From Octopus vulgaris (Eukaryota), in the NCBI GenBank assembly GCA_951406725.2, contig OX597837.1, positions 21,080,001 to 21,144,000 of the forward strand: DNA of 64,000 bases. Direction: 5' to 3'. How positions within the stretch are numbered: position 1 is the stretch's first letter; each line of letters begins with the position of its first letter. Made by a program: the position numbers and the translations under genes. The notes under the pieces are model-generated. The model was not told the origin of the DNA and made no database searches. It worked only from the letters and a program-made list of their open reading frames with translations. Shown piece by piece: positions 26,706-40,289 of this stretch.

Positions 26706-27872
26706 GAAAAATTGGACAATATACTCCAAAGTACACCATATCTGAAAACCTGAAACAGTACAGACATGGTTAGAATGCCTTTCATCATAATTCTACTCAA
26801 TCAAGGTGAACACAAAACTGAGGAACAACAACTGAAGAACAACATTACCAAAACAGCAACAACAAAAATAAGAACATCAATAACCAATGACAATAATTCC
26901 ATACTATCATCTTAATATCCATTTTGCCACAGGCAAAATTTAATCAGGCAGAGTTTCTACAGTCAAATGCTCTTCCTGATGTCAACTCACACCTATTTCC
27001 AAACAACTTAATCCTTCCCCTAATCCTTCAGTCAAGATCATTACAATGGCCAGGCATGTTTTTACGGAAGATTGCAATCAAACAACACTGCTTGTATGAT
27101 GATGACATTTGTTTATAGTTAGCATTTGATGTCAAAACAAGGTAACACAAATATGCATATGTATGCATGGAAACACAAAATAAAATTAATACATATCAGC
27201 CATAATACATAAATTATCTTCAGACATCTATATACAGTACATCATCTTCAGAGGGGTAGGTGGCAAATGGATTTTCCACTTAAACTTCTGAAGAGGACAC
27301 TTTGTATATAGAAATATGAATATACTTATGTATCATGGCTTATGCTTATTGATATAACTCCTTCAATGCTTTTGTTACACCTAATTGCATAAGATGCATG
27401 AGAATATCTACAATTTACAGGATGCATTGAAACAGCTGTAAAGATGTCATATCTTGTAACAATCTGTAAAAACTTAAGTAAATATATTCATACTCCTACG
27501 ATTGTTTGTCCCTCTCTATTGATATTCACTCAAATTTTTTCTTTCTTCTAGTCAACTCATTTGCTTTTAGAATACCCACTCTGATGAGAAATTAGATTTT
27601 AAGATTTAGAACTAATAAGGGCACCAACTTGGTGTCAATTTATTTTTGTTTAACACTTCAGCGCTCAGATTACTCTGTCAAATGTAATGTTTATTCATTC
27701 ACAGTTTTCAATTAATCATGCACTATCCTGTAGCTTTGAGATTTTGATGAGATTGTTTATTTTTAGAATGACATTGCACAGTAAGTATGAGAAGTCTGGC
27801 CAGTTTGAACATAGAGTATTTTGGCAGGATATGGCCAGTTTAAATGCAAAAGGGGATTAAACATCCTTATAC

Positions 27873-27921
<49 letters not shown>

Positions 27922-27922
<1 letters not shown>

Positions 27923-28290
27923 TTCTTTTATTTGTTTCAGTCATTTGACTGTGGCCATGCTGGAACACCACCTTTTAGTTGAACAAACCAACCCCAGGAC
28001 TTGTTCTTTGTAGGCCTAGTACTTATTCTATCAGTCTCTTTTACCAAACCACTAAGTTACGGGGGATGTAAACACACCAACATCAGTTGTCACGCGATGG
28101 TGGGGTCACAAACACACACACACATATATATGACAAGCTTCTTTCAGTTTCCGTCTACCAAATCCAGTGACAAGGCTTTGGCTGGCCTGAGGCTACAGAA
28201 GACACTTGCCCAAGTTGCCACACAGTGGGACTGAACCTGGAACCATGTTAGTTGGTAGGCAAGCTACTTGTCACACAGCCACTCCTACGA
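27922..28290 (-). mobile_element. SINE family A. Further - copies at about 8230-8523, 36020-36460, 41350-41780, 43207-43568, 45950-46752 (split), 60055-60270
   Basis: Reverse complement of the family consensus. Confidence 0.85.
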
Positions 28291-28375
28291 CACATATATA
28301 TACATACATACACATGAATATATATATATACACACACACATGAATATATATACACACACACACACACACACGAAC

Positions 28376-28410
<35 letters not shown>

Positions 28411-29033
28411 AACTAGCTGAATAGCCCATCGTTGCCAGGCAATTTTTACAGTAGAATGTCATATGGTTTTGTTTATTCCATGTCAGAGGTTGCTTTCTCT
28501 GACAAATAGGCCTCTTGATCAAGAGACATTTGTGCAATTTTGTGCAAAAAACTTTTGAGGATTTTTTTTCCTTTTTAAATTATTAACATGTCTGTTCGAC
28601 TGTTTCACATGACTTTATTCATTGAAACTTATTAAAACTTCAGAAGCTCTTACAACTTTGGTCGTCATAATGCTTTGCTTTCATTTGTTTAATAAAAATT
28701 CCTCCTCATAATGATTTTGCTTTCATTTTGTGATAGACAGCTATCATGCCAGAAAATGCCAGCTTCCATATACTGTTCTCTCATTAGGTAAAACTGAATA
28801 AACTTTAAAGCACAGTAACATTTTTCTGCAATTTTTCTGGAACAAATAAATAGCAAAATCAGATTTAATGTGGAAAGTTATTTGAATATGGCAAATTTGA
28901 AAATTTTGATGTAATTTTAAAATCACACTATATGACAGCAACAGGAAAGACCCTACGAAAGTAGAAAGACAGACAATTATAGGATGCCACACACACACAG
29001 GTAATCACAAGATGAAAATGGTGTAGACATATG

Positions 29034-29113
<80 letters not shown>

Positions 29114-32100
29114 TGTATGTATGTAGAAAAGCCACCTACCCTCTCTCTCCTTAAAGGTATGTATTCCTCACACCCACCTTTCTCTCCCATCATTGGCATT
29201 TTAAAAGTTGTATATGTGTATCTATGTACTTATGAAAGTATGCAGTATCGTGTGTATATGACAGCTATATAAACATTACCATACCTTTGCATTCCATATT
29301 TGTTGCTGACAGAATGCTGTACTCACCTTCCCTGATATCAATCACACTCACTCTGCTACTACGTTTCCCTCTGACTAATACTTTTTGCACTCTTCTCATT
29401 TTATCATATAATTCACCCAACCCCACTGGGGGGCACATTATAGATTTTTATTGAAATCGAATTAGCCTATTATTGAACTGAATGTTAGTATAACATGTAT
29501 GCAGTCTGGTGAATACTGGTTTACTGGTTTAGGTAGTAAGATGGTAACAGACAGAAAGAAATTGCCATTTATTTAGAAGATGCACACACATGTATACACA
29601 CACACTTGATGGGTTTCATTCAGTTCACATCTATCAAATTCAATCATCACAAGACACTTGCCCAAGGCACCATGCAGTGAGACTGAACCTGAAACTACAT
29701 GGTTGCAAAGCAAACTTAACCACACACCCATGCCTTCACCTTTCATTTCTTAGAATAAGATTGATTTAGAAAAAAATTTGGCTACTATTACTAGTAGACT
29801 GAGTAACTATGTCCAGGCTATCTTGTTGGCTCATTTCCATATATATTTTGATGTGCTGTGAGTATATATTATTGATAAATAAATCATACACACACACATA
29901 GACATACATAATAGATAGGTACATTATACAAAGATAAAAGATATTTCATATCTATCACTATTCTTTAGGGAATAAGTGACCAAAATGCTGTCAATAGATT
30001 TGTCTGAAATAGCTATTGATCAGTACAAAATTTATCAATTCAGTTGTCAGGGTTGTACAACATCTATTTTACAATACAATGTTGTTAAGAGTGTTTCATG
30101 TCATAATTAACTGCAGCTGGTTGTATTTGCAAGAATATCAGGCTGCCAACTAAAAGGTTTGTGGTTTATAATCATTCTTCAACTGGCACTCTGCTGTTTA
30201 CTGTGCACATGGCCAAGACAATTAACTCTTCAATAATTCAGTTGAACTGGCTGTAAATAGCTAAATAGAATATTAGAACTTACTGAAGCACGATGTAGGA
30301 GTTCTGTGTAACAGGTGTTCTGAAAATTGTAAGAACTGGCGGTACCTTTACTTGCTGAAAGACAGACCCAAGAAAATGACTTGCCATCAACCCATTACAT
30401 CCAGAGTGCCCTATTGTGCCTTAGATATTGAAATTCATTGTATTTATTATATTACAGAATCAAGCTGCTGTTAACCATGTAATCTAAGACTACCTGCTCG
30501 TGGTTGGGTGGTCAGTTGGTGTCAGAACTGGCTTCCTACTGGGTTTGCCCAGTGAGTGGGGTATGTGGGCATCAAACAGGATTAAACAAAAATACAAAAC
30601 CTGTCAAACCCCTGAGAACCAAAAGCACCCAGGTCCCACCAGGATTACAAAGTCCAGTGAAACATCTGAATTGAAGTTATTCCAACATTTAATTTCATTC
30701 TGGGGTGCAGATTCATAAAGAAAGCCCAGGACAGAGAGGAGTAGAAAAGATGGGAAGAAAAAACAGAGTTATACAAATAGCAAAAATGCTATGGAAACAA
30801 CTTCACTTGGTATTCTATAAATGTGGCAGAATTGTAAGCTTTGCAGTTTTTGAGGGCATCTCTTGACATTCAGAGTTCAAATGCAGCCAGAGCTAACTTT
30901 GTCTTATAGCTTTCTGAGATCAATAAAAAATAAGTACCAGTGCTGTCATGAGGATCAATTTAAACAAATATTCTTTTCTCCAAAGTTTGTGGCTTTGTGT
31001 CATGGATTGGCAGAATTGCCATAGAGTGGGACAAAATGCCTTGTGGTATTATTTGTTCCTGCTCTTTACATTCTTGAGTTTAAATCCCACCAAGGTCTCA
31101 ACTTTTTATCCTTGAGAGATCAATAAAATACAGGACCAACCAAGTACTAGACTAATCAACTGACCCGTCAGATTTCTGATTTTGTATCAATGTTAGAAAC
31201 CATTCTAATCTAAAGTGTAGCGTGATCCAATCAAAACAAGGAAGAAAGGAGTACTGAAGAACCAAAAAGTAGGTGATAGTTTGAAAATGTCTTCTGTGCT
31301 TACTAATTTAACTTAAATGGTTTTGTACTCATTATACATTAAAACTATTCCAGAATCTGAAACGGTTTAATCTTCCCAAAAACATCAATGGAAAGAGAAA
31401 ACAAATATTACTGAGATTCAATATAAATGGTTAAATATCAAAGAATATATTTTGTTCTCATTTATGCTGTTTCTACATATTTTCCTTCAATTTTGTTTGT
31501 TTTTAATCATATCTATTTTTCATGACCAAGCATAGTTTAAAATAGATATAACCTACATATTAAGAGCATTAACAGTACAAAGAAAAGTGGGAAGCATAAA
31601 GTGATAAAGAAAAAGCAGGAAACCTAATTTAATCATTTATGAGATGCTTGAAAAATTCTACAGATAAAATATTGGAATATCGGGTCAGACAATAAAACCC
31701 AGGAAAAAGGAAAATGAATATAGGCCTGAACTTGAGCAAAAACTGTAACAAACATGGTGTGTGTCTGATATCTGATAGCTTTTCAGACAATCTATTTCAA
31801 GTCCATAATAAATATATTTTGTTTCATGTACAGGTTTCCACTAAGAGAGATATGCATGCATGACTGCACAATGCACACACGTACACTAATCTTCAAAAAA
31901 TATGCTACAGACATCAGCATTTGAAATTTTAACTCTTGATACCAAATTTATATTGAGATGCATTTGTTTCAATTAATCTTAGAAATAATAAAGAATTTAG
32001 CAAAATAACTTTGTTGTTATTGAGCTAGTGTTTGGAATATAAATTAATATGAAGTTTTGAAAGTAGGTTTTAGTTTAAATCACTTTAAACAGGAAATTTG

Positions 32101-32169
32101 TATGACAGGACCAAGAGTAGTCACAAGTAGGTTGATATAAAAAATGTTAGTCATGCATCACTAGTTAAA

Positions 32170-33450
32170 ACACACAGACTAAAGGAGAATTTTGACAGAG
32201 AGGTAATTACATAGGTATCAAATTGCTGGACTAGGTCATGAAAGTTATAGCTCAATAAATTAGGAAAAGAATCAGCTTAGATGAGATGCAGTTTGGTTAT
32301 GTGCCAAAGAGAAGCACTACCAATATTTTCTTCCTAGTAAGGCATGCAGGAGAGGTATTTAGCTAAAATTAACTGCTATAATTAGCATTCATTGACCTAA
32401 AGAAAGCCTTCGATAGGGTCCCTTACTCTGTGATCTGGTGGTTGCCAAAGAAGCTAGGAGCAGATAAATGGCTTGTTAGAGCCATACAAGCCAGGTACGA
32501 AGAAGCTGTCAGCCAGGTGAGGATTAACAAGTACAGTAATGAGTTTACCAAGGTTTGGTACTCATTCCCCTTCTTTTCATTGTGGTCCTCAAAGCCATAA
32601 CAGAGGTATTTAAGACCAGTTCCCCTTGGGAACTACTACATGCAGTTGACTTCATTCTTATTGTGGAAATTGTAGTAGAACCAGAAAAGAAATTTCAGGT
32701 GTGGAGGCAAAACCTGGAATTAAAGTTAATTTAGTAAAGAAGAACGTTCTAGTAAGCAGGAAAATAGAGAGGAGTGCATTCCCATCAGGAAAATAACCCT
32801 GCTCAATATGAAATGTGTAAGTATAAATTCCATATGGTCAACCCAGTGCAAACTATAGACACACAAGAGGTGCAGTGGAATCACAGGAGGATTAACAGAG
32901 AAAAATAGACTTTATACGTAGAAGATAAGCAGACGCAATAAATACTAAGAACACATAGGAAATACAGTTTCTCAAGAGGTTCCCTGGAGATAAAAGATTA
33001 GTTTCTGTTAAGTAGGTAACCTAAATATCAGTGGGGGAGGATGTTCTGAAAGTAGAGTCAACAGAATAAGAACCGGATGGAGAAAGTTCAGAGAGCTATT
33101 GCCTCAGTTGATAACAAAAGGTCTCACTCTCAAAGAGAAAGGCAGATTGTATGATGCTTGTGTACAAGCAGCAATGCTACATAGTGGGGAGATGCAGGAT
33201 TTAAATGCAGAGATGTGAAGAGTAGAAAGGAATGAAGCTAGAATGCTTAGTTGGATGTGCAACATCAGTGTGCATGTATGACAAAGTGCAAATGTGTTGA
33301 GAGAAAAATTGTGCAGATGAAGTGTGCAGGAGAGAAGACCATACTGGTATGGTCATATAATGCTTATAGATGAGAACAGCTGTACAAAAAAAGGGTCCAG
33401 TTGCTTAAAGTGGATGGAACTTGTGAAAGAGGGACCAGGAAGAATAGAAC
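32170..33450 (+). mobile_element. Decayed RTE-clade LINE, RT and 3' portion
   Basis: Frameshifted RT motifs: LDEMQFGYVP, AFIDLKKAFDRVP, QG..L.PLLFIVVL, WELL.A.D, later 'GWRKFRELLP', 'GRLYDACVQ', 'WYGH'. Confidence 0.85.
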
Positions 33451-33470
33451 AAAAACATTCATAATTCTGT

Positions 33471-33508
<38 letters not shown>

Positions 33509-33607
33509 TTATATGTATCATATATATTATATACAACATAATATAAATATATGGCTATACTATATATATATATATATATTGTATATATAAATACATACAT
33601 CAAATAT

Positions 33608-33656
33608 CAAGAGATTCATGCTTGGCACTTATCAAGTGCCAAGCATGAAACTCTTG
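33608..33656. repeat. Near-perfect hairpin (23-bp arms, 3-nt loop)
   Basis: CAAGAGATTCATGCTTGGCACTT-ATC-AAGTGCCAAGCATGAAACTCTTG, one mismatch. Confidence 0.9.
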
Positions 33657-33657
33657 G

Positions 33658-33691
<34 letters not shown>

Positions 33692-35749
33692 GGGTGATTT
33701 ATAAATCAAATATCTATTACTAGGCATTATAAGTATTTTTTAGCCTATAATATATTGTTATTTGTACCTACGTGAATCCTGAGCATGCAAACCTAAGACA
33801 ACCAATCTTTTTAGGGGTTGCATAAAACTAAGATGGTGAGGGTTGGAGCGAAATTTAGCTTATTGATTGTATCCAGTCATGACCATCTCTTCTTTATTCA
33901 TAAATATTTTTTACAATTACTTTTTTTTTTTTTTTTTTTGTCTGGAGGGAGAGCTGTGGCCATAATTTTTGCAGATCCTTCAAGACTAATGGGATCAATA
34001 GTTTTGTTCAATTTGACATTTGTAAGTCTTCTGTAGAGAGGAAATTACAATAAGTTAACACACTGGACAGAAGGAGAGACGGATTGGGAAAATATTGATT
34101 GGAACAGGACCTGTAGGGGTGAAGAGAGATGGAGAGATAAGTGTGTTGAAAGGGTTTATACGGGGTAGGTGGTATGCAACTAGCTGGTATAAGAGGAGCT
34201 GAGGTTTTTGTATTGGTAATAAAATAGGTAGATACAGCACAACAACTATAGTACATAATATATCTAGTTCTACATTAATTGTTGTTGGCTATCTGGAGTA
34301 AATAAAGTTTAACCCTTTAGTATTTAAACTGGCCAGATCCAACCTCTCACATCTACCCTACAATGTCATTCTAAAATATATACAAAAATATACTATCACA
34401 TCATCGAAGTCTCAAAGCTACAAGATAATGCATGATTAAAAACAATGTGAATAAATAAGCATTACATTTAACAAACTAATTTGACTGCTAAACAGTTAAG
34501 GAACTCTTAAGATTTGGCAAAATGACAGAGATAGAGCTGTTTATTTTTCATCCAGTACTTCTCAAGCAGTTAAATTAGTCTAGATGACTGACATGGGGGA
34601 GGAATCAGATTGACATAGGGAAGGAGTCAGATTTCAAAACTCATGAAAACAAGACATTTGTACTCAGAGCCAGAGCTGGTTTCAGCTGGGTTGGTAACAA
34701 AAGGGTTAACTTCTCAACACCTTGCCTAATGTCTCTACCCTTTCTTTCTCCTCCCTCCCTCCCCCACTCTCTCTGATGCAAGTAACAGAGCAACTTAACC
34801 AGTACCAATGCCACACATATAAAAAAAAAGTTTTTTAAAAATAACACCCAGTACACATTGTAAAGTGGTTGGCATCGGGAAGGCTATGCAGCCATAGAAA
34901 CCATGCCAAAACTGAAATATTGCAGCATCCACCAACCTGTTGGATCATACTGAATCATCCAACTTGTACCAGCATAAAAAGCAAACATAAAACAATGATA
35001 TTTCACTTGTTTCAATCATTAGATCCCTGTGATTATCCCATTTCCCTTTATATATATATTTATATATATATATATACATATATATATATTGCTTTTTCTG
35101 AAATAGTGTATTTATGACTACACTGTCCAATGCATCATTCCTCATTTAAAATGTCACGGTATTGTTTGAGGGTGATGTGGTCACTATTTCTAGCAAGCAG
35201 GTATAGTGACTGTGAATAAAGTTCCCTACTTAGCAATGGTTTATTTCATGAACATGCCAAACAAATAGAGCATGACAGCAAGCTTCTGTCCTTTTTGCTT
35301 GACTGCTAGCAAAGTAATACACTGCTGTCAATAAAAAATATATAGAAATGGTGGTGGTGGTGGCAAAAGATTTATTTTATTCTTTTACTGGTTTCAGTGA
35401 CTGAACCATGACTGGAGCATTTGCCTTCAATAGCTTTAACTCTATGATATCAACATCAGTGATTAATCTGATACTCTTTATGAAGTACTTTAACAAACGG
35501 TTAATGCACTTATTCAGATTCATGCTAGCATAAACAAATACAGATATACACACACAAGTAAAAACTTACTGCGGACAAGGTTGCATGGCATTCGACTATA
35601 AATGAATAAATACAAGATACGTCAAGTACAGGACATCACCAACAAGTGAAAATGACAGACACACAAGCGATAAATACAGGTCAAATTACCCAAAAATATA
35701 CAATAAGAACAAGACATCTGTTCTTATTGCATATTTTTTGGTAATTTGT

Positions 35750-35796
<47 letters not shown>

Positions 35797-35802
<6 letters not shown>

Positions 35803-35985
35803 TAATCCAAACATGAAAACACCAAGAGAAAACAGAACAATGCGAGGACGTAGAACAAATATAGTATTATTGGACGCTCAGGAAGGAAGGGAAGAAGGCG
35901 GGTTTAACGTTTCGAGCAGAGCTCTTCGTCGGAAACATAGGAGAAGGAAAGATCCAAAGAAGGGAAGACAAAGGGGAAAAAAAAC
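35797..35985 (-). mobile_element. Family E-related subfamily copy
   Basis: Between (TA)n tracts. Motif at 35902-35936: GTTT-CCGACGA-A-GAGC(TCT)GCTC-GAAA-CGTT-AAAC. Confidence 0.6.
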
Positions 35986-36017
<32 letters not shown>

Positions 36018-36226
36018 ATACTTTTATTCTTTTATTTGTTTCAATCATTTGACTGCAGCCATGCTGGAGTACCACTTTAAAGCGATTTTTAGTCAAAGAA
36101 ATTGACCCCAGGACATTCTTTGTAAACTGAGTACTTATCCTGACAGTCTCTTTCACCAAACTAAGTTACAGGGACATAAACACACCAATATTGGTTGTCA
36201 AGTGATGATGATTGGGGGGAGGGCAA

Positions 36227-36299
<73 letters not shown>

Positions 36300-37333
36300 A
36301 CTGGTTCTTTTCAGTTTCTGTTTATCAAATCCACTCACAAGGCTTTGTTTGGCCTAAGGCTATAATAGAAGATACTTGCTCAAGGTGCCACACTAAGGGA
36401 CTGAAACCAGAACCATGTGGTTGAGAAGCAAGCTTCTTACCACACAGCCATGCCTGTGCCTGTATATATCTTTAACCATTTATCTTTTGTTTCATGCACC
36501 TGACTGCAGTCATGCTGGAGCATTCTCTAGAAGGGTGCTTTCAGTTCAACAAATCAAGCCCAGGGATTATCTTTTTAAAACCTAGTACTTACTCTATCAG
36601 TCTCTTCTAACTGCCAGCTTTTTTTTTTGAGAAGTAGGTTCATCATCAGGCAGAACACACCAATAAGAAATTTCAAGGTAATTTTTCATTAGGTGTGGCA
36701 TTCTGAAAGTCCTGTGGGTCACAGGTTGCTCATGATTGGTTTACAACATAGTTCTACATGCATGAAACAACAATTCCAATCTTACTCAAATTATACATTA
36801 CTATAGGCACAGGCACGGCTGTGTGGATAGGTGCAGGTGGTAAAAAGTTTGTTTCCCAACCACATAGTTCTAGGTTCAGTCCCACTGTATAGAACCACTT
36901 CTACCATATCCTCAGGCTAAACCAAAGCCTTGTGAGTGGATTTGGTAGACAGAAGCTGAAAGAAGCCTGTCGTATATGTGTGTGTGTGTGTGTCTTTGTT
37001 GTCAGCAGTGCAGACTGCTCTCTCAAAGTGCCAGGTGTTAAAACACCTGAAAGTCATGGACAGGTGAAATAACTCACCCCAAATCCCATCCAGGAGTGAT
37101 AGACATCAAAGCTTTTTTTAAACTTTCTGCATTGTTAGAAGCTTTCCTTATTTCTCAATTCATTTTCCAACATAGGCACCAGCGTAGCTATATGGTAAGA
37201 AGTTTGCTTCCCAACCACATGGTTCCAGGCTCCGGAAAGTGTTTTCTACTATAGCCCTGCCCTGGGCCAACCAAAGCACTATGAGAGGATCTGGCAGGTG
37301 GAAACTGAAAGAAATCCATCATGTGTGTGTGTA

Positions 37334-37366
<33 letters not shown>

Positions 37367-37924
37367 CCCGTGCTAGCGCGGAAAACGGACGTTAAACGAT
37401 GATGATGATGATGATGATGATGGGGAGTGGCTTTGTATCTGTGTGTGTCCTCTATCATTGCTTGACAACTGGTGTTGGTTTGTTTACATCCCCATAACTT
37501 AGTTCAGCAAATCGAGACCGATAGAATAAGCACCAAGCGTAACAAAAACCAAGCCCTAGAGTTGATTCATTCAGCTAAAAATTCTACCAGGCATTGTCAC
37601 AGTCTAAAAACTGAAAGAAGTTGAAAGATAAAAAAAAAAAATTGTCCATGCCAGTTGTAGTAACTTAATAGTTGATCCCTCTTTCTCTCTCTCCTCACCC
37701 TACAAACAGTCCAGTTATTCATTGAGCCACTCAGTGTACAGGAATGTAGGACTGTATTGTACTTGCATAGGAGAAAACAAAAAGCTCCACAAAAGTATAT
37801 GCTGTATATGGGAACACAAAAGGCTCAGTATTTTATCGTGCTGGAGTATGGGAGCAGAAACAATGCAGTAGTTTATAGTGCAAGTATTTTGGAGGATCAA
37901 ATAAATACTAAATCATGTCATTTC

Positions 37925-38360
37925 CATAAATAAATAAACTTAGATAAACTTAGAAATGTTTCGACCAAAGATTAGTCCAGGCCATGTCTAACTTAATAGC
38001 ACCACCTGGTAGGATCATCTAAATCCTGTTTAAGTCAAGTTTTGTTTATGGTCCATTCAAGTAGTGAGTTGTTGCATGAGTTGTATCCAGGTATTGGTGG
38101 CTTATCTGGTATTCCTTGAAGAAATCTGTCCAGACTCCGTTTAAAGGTGATGGGATCCTTTTCCTTTTTGATCTCTTTCAGAACAATGTTAAACAGGGCA
38201 AGGTCTGTTGAGGAAAAGAAATTATGTCGCAGTGTACCTAGAGCACTCTTTGCAATCAGAAATGAAGCTGATCAAATTGATACAGTACTTCTCTGCTGGT
38301 CAAGATGTTCACAGTTCACATGTCTCTACGAATGCTGTGCTTTATTTATTCAAACTCATG
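37925..38360 (-). mobile_element. 3' end of a CR1/L2-like LINE
   Basis: Minus strand reads LRHNFFSS..ALFN...ITFKRSLDRFLQGIPDKPPIPGY..NNSL, typical of these LINE C-termini, then a stem-loop and short tandem tail (TTTATCTAAG/TTTA). Confidence 0.6.
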
Positions 38361-39261
38361 ATATTTAAGTCCCAAGAAGCTCAGTCCACCTGACTGAAAA
38401 TAGGAGCTGTTGGTTAGCCCCAATTCAACTCTGAACAAGCAGACATCTGATCAAATGCATTCCAACTCTAACAACCCCGTCTTTTGTTTTTCAAACAGAC
38501 TATTTAGAACTACATTACTGAATGCTTATTTTGTTTTCTGAAATGCTACAGTGTACTTTGAAGGAAATTTTGCTGCTATTTCTAGCATAACAAGCAACTG
38601 TATAGAAGCCCACCTACTTTAAGGAAGAGATGCACTTTGCTCTTATAGTTTTCTACTTTAGGCAAAAAGACCTGAAATTTAGTGGACGAAGTGGGGGAAT
38701 TTGTGTGGGAATAGTCAATTACATTGACTGTAGTGCTCGACTAGTTCTTATTTTACAAATCCCGAAAGTATGAAAGTCAAATGAGCCTCGGTAGTATTTG
38801 AACTCAGAATGTAAAACTGGAAGAAATGCCACTGAACACAATAACAATTCTGCCAGTCCTGCCACCTTTGTGCCTTTTATAATTGGTTTGTATTTGTTCT
38901 TGCTCTCTAAGCTTTGAGTTCAAATCCTACCTAGATCAACTTTGCCTTTCATCCCTTAAAGGGAAGGGCGATAGATTGGTGAAATGATAAAACATCAAAC
39001 AAGATGCTTTGTTATATGTTTCAGCTCTTGAGTTCAAGTCTCACTTTTTATCACTTTTACTTTTGTTTTAATCACTGGACTATGGTCAGGCTGGGGCACT
39101 GCCTTGAAAGGTTTACCGAAGAAATTGACAATAATGCTTACTCTTAAATCTGGTACTTATTCTACTGATTTTTTTTATCTCTTCTGCTTAAACACTAAGT
39201 TATGGAGTCATAAAAAAATTTACAGTGGAGGTTAAGTGGTGGGGGACTATATATATATGAT

Positions 39262-39442
39262 AGATCGTTAGCCACTACACACATTTTTTTTCTCTCCTTG
39301 TTTTTTCTGTGTACCTTTCTGTAGAAGAGCGTAGGCTCGAAACGTAAAAGACTTTTTCTATTCCTGAACGTTATACTAATACATCTGTTTGTTTTGTACA
39401 CCACTTGTCTTCGTCTTTTGATTTTTTTGTAAACTTTCCCTA
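39262..39442 (+). mobile_element. Short Penelope-like element fragment with a minimal hammerhead-like motif (family E)
   Basis: Flanked by (TA)n on both sides. Contains CTTT-CTGTAGA-A-GAGC(GTAG)GCTC-GAAA-CGTA-AAAG at 39315-39350. Confidence 0.65.
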
Positions 39443-40003
39443 TATATATATATAAAGGAGTGGTTGGCATTAGGAAAGACATCCAGTCATGGAAACCATG
39501 TCAAATCAGATTGGAACCTGGTGCTGCTCTCCAGCATACCAGCTTCAGTCAAACCATCAAGCCTGTGCCAGCATGGAAAACAGATGGATGATGATGATGA
39601 TATATATATATATATATATATATATAACATAACAGGAAATTGAAAATTTTATTTCCCATTATATGCTTTTCATTTGCTAATGGGAAATATATTATAATAT
39701 GTATTATCTAATTTCTCTGTCTGAAGAATTTCTAATTGTAAATTCCTGACATGTCTATCTAACATGCAAAATTTTGTAATTCCTATTAGAAAATGAAACA
39801 CATGCAATGGTAAATAAATAATATCAAAAATTTTCCAATTTCCTGTTCTGTTATACAATAACTCTGCAAATAATATTTCCATAATTCTCAATTTTAATAT
39901 GTACTTTTGAACATACAGCAGCAACAAAGACTACATATTGTATTGTAATAATGGAATAAGTAGATGTGCTTCAAGAGCAAACAACTGGGATTTACTCCAA
40001 CTT

Positions 40004-40042
<39 letters not shown>

Positions 40043-40061
40043 GCATACACACATATACACA

Positions 40062-40245
40062 CAAGGAGGTGCTGAAAAGTTCCTATCAGTTTACTATGAT
40101 TTTATTCAACATAATCCCCTCAGATTCACACACTTATTGCAGTGTGATCCTTCAGTTTTCCTAAGCCTTGTAATTCAGAAGGTTGGGCCTCCAACCAAGT
40201 CTTCCACAATACCCTTAATGCTAGGAACTTTTCAGCATCCCCTCG
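40062..40245. mobile_element. Mariner-type MITE
   Basis: About 24-bp TIRs C(A/G)AGG(A/G)G(G/A)TGCTGAAAAGTTCCTA, with TA on the right flank. Confidence 0.8.
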
Positions 40246-40289
40246 TATGTATACACACAACAGGTTTCCACACAGTTTCTTATTTCTTT

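Noticed and set aside
37950-38000. Minus-strand GGCC..GGTC-GAAAC stem resembling a hammerhead half
   Set aside because: No CUGAnGA core. Better explained as the 3'-UTR stem-loop of the adjacent LINE.
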